A stretch of DNA of 29,406 bases from Gemmatales bacterium (GTDB taxonomy: Bacteria > Planctomycetota > Planctomycetia > Gemmatales > Gemmataceae), in NCBI GenBank assembly GCA_038239465.1, contig JBBSES010000001.1, forward strand, positions 1 through 29,406, read 5' to 3'. Both the position numbers and the translations under genes were made by a program. Shown one piece after another: positions 25,313 through 29,406 of this stretch. The notes below the pieces were generated by a model. That model was given only the letters and a program-made list of their open reading frames with translations. It ran no database searches and had not been told where the DNA came from. Position 1 is the stretch's first letter, and every line of letters begins with the position of its first letter.

Positions 25313-25583
25313 ACTCGATCTCCCACCGAGGATTATCGCCGAGCTTGGACGGCAAATCATGGCGGACTTGGCCGAAGGTGGCCCCGAGGCATCCCGCCGC
25401 GTCGTCGCGCCCCTGAACGCCTACTTATTCACTGCCATTGTTGACGATCCCGACGTGGCGCTTCAGCGGCACATCTTTCTCTTCGAGGTTCAGTGAAACG
25501 AACTTCACGACGTACTCGTCCTCAAGACTTGTAGCTACGCCTATCAAGAGCCGCATCCTGGAAGAATCGCGACCGATGAATGA
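25263..25583 (+). pseudogene. RelE/ParE-sized putative toxin with in-frame TGA at codon 78
   Basis: MSYSVQIADEARRRIRELDL...HIFLFEVQ*(TGA 25494-25496)NELHDVLVLKTCSYAYQEPHPGRIATDE*(25581-25583). SD GGGGGA 8 nt upstream. The family assignment rests only on size, N-terminal pattern and operon geometry. Confidence 0.55.
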
Positions 25584-25589
25584 AGAATG

Positions 25590-25620
25590 AAGAAGGCTCC
25601 AGCGGTTGCCGGAGCCTCCT
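25590..25620 (-). terminator. Probable intrinsic terminator of pepA
   Basis: Minus strand AGGCTCC-loop-GGAGCCT followed by TCTTCATT, about 40 nt after the pepA stop. Confidence 0.55.
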
Positions 25621-25656
25621 CACCGTTAGATGTCGTCTTCGGTTGTATTGACCCAG

Positions 25657-27132
25657 CTACTTATACTCCCGCGCCAACTCGATCAACGTCCGCACGAAAG
25701 CCCCCGTGCCGCCCGCGTCGCGCGTCGGCGATTCGGCGTCGGCCCAGGCGGGGCCGGCAATGTCGAGGTGTGCCCAGGGCACCGTGCCGACGAAATGCTC
25801 TAAAAACTTGGCGGCGGTGATGGCCCCGGCGAAGCGCTTGCCGGTGATGTTCTTGATGTCGGCGACGTTGCTCTTGATGAGTTCGCCGTAAGCCGGGAAC
25901 ATCGGCAACGGCCAGGCGCGTTCGCCCGCGCGCCAGGCAGCGGCCAGCACGTTATCGCTCCAGGCGGGATCGTTGCCCATCAGACCGGCCACGTCCTCGC
26001 CCAGCGCCACCATGCAGGCGCCGGTCAGCGTCGCCAGATCGACCAGGTGGCTCGCCTTTTGGTCCACGGCATACGAGAGCGCGTCGGCTAGGATCAGCCG
26101 GCCCTCGGCGTCGGTGTTCAGCACCTCGATGGTCTTGCCGTTGCGGGCGTGCAGTACGTCGCCCAGTTTCATGGCCCGGCCGCCCGGCATGTTTTCCACG
26201 ACGGCCAGCACGCCCAGCACCGAGACGGGCAAGCGCAGTTCGGCGATGGCGCTGACCGCGCCCAGGACGGCGGCGGCGCCGGCCATGTCGCATTTCATGT
26301 CGGCCATCTGCTCGGAACTTTTCAGCGACAGGCCGCCACTGTCGAACGTGACCCCCTTGCCGACCAGGCCGAGAAGCGGGCGGTTGCCGCCGTTATAGCG
26401 GAGGACGATCAAGCGCGGCGGCCGGTCAGAACCGCGCGCCACGGCCAGCAATGCGCCCATGCGTTCCGCTTCCAGCTGCTTTTCATCGAGAATAGTACAT
26501 GTGAAGCCGGAAGCGCCGGCCACTTGCGTCGCCCGCGCGGCAAAACTCTCGGGGTACAGTTCGGACGGCGGCAGGTTGACTAACTCGCGCGCCAGGGCGA
26601 TCGCCTTGCCCTCGATGGCGGCGCGATGTGTCGCCTCGCGGACGGCGTCGATCGGCGCCGCCGGTGGGGCGACGAGCCATAGTTCTTGCGGCGCGAAGCG
26701 TTCGGGCTTGCTCTTGCGGATGCCTGGCCCATCGCACCCTTGCAGCAGGCCGACGCCGAGGGCGTGCGCGCTGGCCGCCGCGTCGAGGCCGTCCGGCAGA
26801 GCCATTGCCAGACGTTGCCGGGGCCGGTCGGTCAACGCGCGAGAGGCCGCGGCGCCGGCGTCGCGCAGCGCGAACTGATCGGCCGCCGAGCGCTTGCCCA
26901 GGCCGACCGCCAGCAAGCGAGTCGTGGCCGCTCCCGCGCGGTCCAGGAGCGGCGTGATTTCATTCGCCTTTCCCGTAATATCGCCGGACTGCCGCAGGCG
27001 CGTCAGGACGCCGCCGAGGCGCGCGTCGAGTTGCGCCAGCGCGCCGGCGGGCGCTTCTTCCTCGAAGATCGGGAGTATGAGAAAATCGGCCGACACCTCG
27101 GCCAACAGAGCGAATTGTGCCGTCAGGGGCAT
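25657..27132 (-). CDS. pepA: Leucyl aminopeptidase (M17)
   Basis: LVGKGVTFDSGGLSLK, MKCDMAGAA, VLNTDAEGRLILAD, DLATLTGA and HLDIAG. ATG 27132 with SD GAGGA. Confidence 0.96.
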   Translation of the reverse strand: MPLTAQFALLAEVSADFLILPIFEEEAPAGALAQLDARLGGVLTRLRQSGDITGKANEITPLLDRAGAATTRLLAVGLGKRSAADQFALRDAGAAASRALTDRPRQRLAMALPDGLDAAASAHALGVGLLQGCDGPGIRKSKPERFAPQELWLVAPPAAPIDAVREATHRAAIEGKAIALARELVNLPPSELYPESFAARATQVAGASGFTCTILDEKQLEAERMGALLAVARGSDRPPRLIVLRYNGGNRPLLGLVGKGVTFDSGGLSLKSSEQMADMKCDMAGAAAVLGAVSAIAELRLPVSVLGVLAVVENMPGGRAMKLGDVLHARNGKTIEVLNTDAEGRLILADALSYAVDQKASHLVDLATLTGACMVALGEDVAGLMGNDPAWSDNVLAAAWRAGERAWPLPMFPAYGELIKSNVADIKNITGKRFAGAITAAKFLEHFVGTVPWAHLDIAGPAWADAESPTRDAGGTGAFVRTLIELAREYK

Positions 27133-27237
27133 AGAGGGTTCCTCTTCGACAGGCGGCCAACGAGGGAGCAAGAGGACAGTGTAGCGTCGGCCCCGCGTTT
27201 CGGCCTTGTTTGGTAGGCATTCGCACCTGAATTGGCT

Positions 27238-27265
27238 TTGGACCGGGAGCGATCGTCGCTATGCT
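27238..27265 (+). promoter_or_regulatory. Candidate sigma70 promoter of the EamA-lutB unit
   Basis: TTGGAC (27238-27243), 16-nt spacer, TATGCT (27260-27265). Confidence 0.4.
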
Positions 27266-27301
27266 CACTCAAGAACTCTCCCCTCAAGCCCGCGGACATC
27301 C

Positions 27302-28267
27302 TTGACTAATTCCCCCTCCGCCGCTCTGCCCGCCGCGATGCTCGTCCTCACGACGCTCTTCTGGGGCGCTTCCTTCCCGCTCGTCAAGAACTGGCAGGAA
27401 GCGGCCCGCGACTGTCCCGGCGGCGAGGGGGTGGCCAGCTTCACGCTCATCGCCCTGCGCATGGGGCTATCCTTTTTGCTCCTGGCCGCCTGGCAGCCGC
27501 GCTGCTTTTTCCAGCCGACGCGCCGCGAACATGCCGTCGGCCTCGTCGTCGGCCTGGCTTTCTTCGTCGCCTTTTCCCTGCAAGTCCTGGGACTGGCGCA
27601 CACGTCGCCGGCGCGATCGGCGTTTTTCACCTGCCTCGGCGGCGCTTGGGTGCCGATCATCATGGCGATCGTGTTTCGCATTCGGGTGTCGCGCCTGACG
27701 ATCGCCGGCATCGGTTTGGCTGTCGTCGGCGCCGCAGTCCTCGGCATCCAGTTGGATGACGGCATCCATCTCGGTTGGGGCGATAGCTTGACCGTCGCCA
27801 GTTCCCTCTTTTTCGCCTTGCAAATCGTACTCCTCGACCGCCTCGGCCACAGCGTCCGCTCGGAACATATTACCGTCAGCCTGCTGGCCATCACCGGCCT
27901 GCTCTCGTTCGGCTGCACGCTGCTCCTCGCCGCCGCCTCGCCCGGCGGCATCGTTGGTTGGTTGCGATGGCTCGAAAATACGCTCTCGAACATCTGGGTC
28001 TTGCTCGACCTCGCCGCTTTGACGCTGTTCGCCACCGTGCTGGCGTTTCACTGGATGAACCAATATCAGCCGGCGGTCGGCGCCAGCCGGGCGGCGTTGA
28101 TCTACTTCCTCGAACCCGTCTTCGCCGCCGTCTTTTCGGTCGCCTGGGGCCACGACCGCGTGACCGAGCGCCTGATCGCTGGCGGCGCGTTCATCCTCGC
28201 CGGCAACCTGCTCGTCGAGCTACCCGGCTGGCTGCGCGAATTGCGGAGCCGGGGCCAGTCAGAGTAA
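27302..28267 (+). CDS. DMT/EamA family transporter
   Basis: TLFWGASFP, LQVLGL.HTSPARSAF, GDSLT..SSLFFA and RAALIYFLEPVFAA, about 10 TM helices. Start uncertain (TTG 27302 or ATG 27338). Confidence 0.9.
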   Translation: MTNSPSAALPAAMLVLTTLFWGASFPLVKNWQEAARDCPGGEGVASFTLIALRMGLSFLLLAAWQPRCFFQPTRREHAVGLVVGLAFFVAFSLQVLGLAHTSPARSAFFTCLGGAWVPIIMAIVFRIRVSRLTIAGIGLAVVGAAVLGIQLDDGIHLGWGDSLTVASSLFFALQIVLLDRLGHSVRSEHITVSLLAITGLLSFGCTLLLAAASPGGIVGWLRWLENTLSNIWVLLDLAALTLFATVLAFHWMNQYQPAVGASRAALIYFLEPVFAAVFSVAWGHDRVTERLIAGGAFILAGNLLVELPGWLRELRSRGQSE

Positions 28268-28276
28268 AATCCCCTC

Positions 28277-29406
28277 ATGAGTACCTACGCGCGGCACGAG
28301 CATCACGACTTCATCGGCGGCGTCAAAGAGGCGCAAGCGAATCCGCAATTGCAGGCGGCGCTGGTAAGACTGACCGATACTCTCATGGCCGGCAACCGCC
28401 GTGGGTATGCCGCCCTGGCCGATAGCGACAAGCTGCGCGACCACGCCAAGCGCATCAAGGAACATACGCTCAGCCATCTCGATAAGTATTTGGAACAACT
28501 GGAAGCGTCGGTGCAACGGCTCGGCGGCAAGGTCCACTGGGCGGCCGACGCCGAGGAAGCACGTGCCATTATCGTCGAGATCGCGCGGTCCTCGAATTGC
28601 AAGCACGCCGTCAAATCGAAGTCGATGACCACCGAGGAGATTCACCTCAACCCCGCGTTGGAAGCGGCCGGCATCGAGGTCACGGAAAGCGACTTCGGCG
28701 AGTTCATCATCCAGCTGGCCCACGAACGGCCGTCGCACCTCGTTGCCCCCGCCGTGCATCACACGCGCGAGAGCATATGCGACATCCTCTCCAAACACGT
28801 CGGCAAGCGCCTGCCGGACGACGCCGAGAGCCTGGCGCTGACGGGCCGCCGCTTGCTGCGCGACAAGTTTCACGCCGCCGACCTGGGCATCAGCGGCGCC
28901 AACTTCGCGGTGGCCGAGACTGGCACCATCGCCCTCGTCACCAACGAGGGCAACGGTCGACTGACCACCACCTGGCCGCGCGTCCACGTCGCCCTCATGG
29001 GCATGGAGAAAGTCATCCCGCGCATCGAAGACCTGCCCGTGTTTTTGAAACTATTGGCACGGGCGGCGACGGGGCAAACGCTCTCCGTCTACACGACCAT
29101 CATCACCGGCCCGCGCAAAGCCGGCGAGTTAGATGGCCCGGAGGAATTCCATCTGGTCCTGCTCGACAATGGCCGGTCGAAAGTGCTGGCCACGCCCTTC
29201 CGCGAAAGCTTGCAGTGCATCCGCTGCGGCGCCTGTCTGAATGCCTGCCCGGTCTATCGGCGCATCGGCGGCCATGCCTACGGCGGCGTCTACTCCGGCC
29301 CCATTGGCAGCATCCTCACGCCGCTGTACGACAGCGTCGCCCTGAACCCGCACCTGCCTCATGCGTCTTCCTTATGCGGCGCGTGCGTGAGCGCTTGCCC
29401 GGTGAA
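28277..29406 (+). CDS. lutB: Lactate utilization protein B (LutB/LldF/YkgF), 3'-truncated
   Basis: Absent from the track because there is no stop in the window. ATG 28277 gives MSTYARHEHH...VKSKSMTTEE, ESDFGEFIIQL, PSHLVAPAVH, GANFAVAETG, NEGNGR, GPEEFHLVLLDNGRS and ferredoxin motifs CIRCGACLNACP and SLCGACVSACP. Confidence 0.93.
   Translation, partial: MSTYARHEHHDFIGGVKEAQANPQLQAALVRLTDTLMAGNRRGYAALADSDKLRDHAKRIKEHTLSHLDKYLEQLEASVQRLGGKVHWAADAEEARAIIVEIARSSNCKHAVKSKSMTTEEIHLNPALEAAGIEVTESDFGEFIIQLAHERPSHLVAPAVHHTRESICDILSKHVGKRLPDDAESLALTGRRLLRDKFHAADLGISGANFAVAETGTIALVTNEGNGRLTTTWPRVHVALMGMEKVIPRIEDLPVFLKLLARAATGQTLSVYTTIITGPRKAGELDGPEEFHLVLLDNGRSKVLATPFRESLQCIRCGACLNACPVYRRIGGHAYGGVYSGPIGSILTPLYDSVALNPHLPHASSLCGACVSACPV

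Noticed and set aside
25494-25496. Selenocysteine or alternative genetic code explanation for the in-frame TGA
   Set aside because: TGA ends many ordinary genes here, no SECIS-like hairpin is evident right after it, and the context is not redox-like.
25587-25820. 77-aa ORF MKKAPAVAGAS...
   Set aside because: It is the translation of the pepA terminator hairpin and the antisense of the pepA 3' end.
27261-27305. 14-codon uORF whose stop overlaps the TTG of the EamA gene
   Set aside because: Its ATG lies within the candidate -10 box (TATGCT), so it is probably not transcribed. No leader-peptide features.

Overview
High-GC bacterial chromosomal window. The gene families and intergenic palindromes suggest Planctomycetota, probably Gemmataceae-like (inference). 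Most of it is housekeeping or envelope genes: 3' end of pyrC, DUF1080 hydrolase, solitary TaqI-like adenine methyltransferase, panD, a 2-oxoacid (probably branched-chain) dehydrogenase E1alpha-E1beta-E2 cluster, a membrane-fused spermidine-synthase-like protein, cbiET, ArnT/GT39-like and GT2 glycosyltransferases, xylose isomerase, SAM methyltransferase, CPA1 antiporter, SYLF protein, YCF48-type multidomain protein, prenyltransferase-repeat protein, pepA, EamA transporter and the 5' part of lutB (missing from the ORF track). The most notable signal is three unrelated toxin-antitoxin-like cassettes, each with an intact antitoxin ORF and a broken or missing toxin. (1) A DUF433/DUF5615 pair inserted between E1alpha and E1beta has a one-base frameshift in an A5 run of the toxin. 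(2) A DUF1778-like antitoxin has no GNAT partner and is followed by a perfect 25-bp hairpin. (3) A RelE/ParE-sized gene has an in-frame TGA. All long neighbouring genes are intact. Also seen: an uncalled 68-aa Cys-rich gene, a secreted protein with a possible permuted papain-like His...Cys dyad divergent from the SYLF gene, a CxxCH motif in a secreted alpha/alpha-barrel protein, several REP-like palindromes (two from one family) and an 8-bp tandem repeat inside the E2 linker. No rRNA, tRNA, CRISPR array, transposase or integrase was recognised. All family names come from motif recognition by eye, not database searches.
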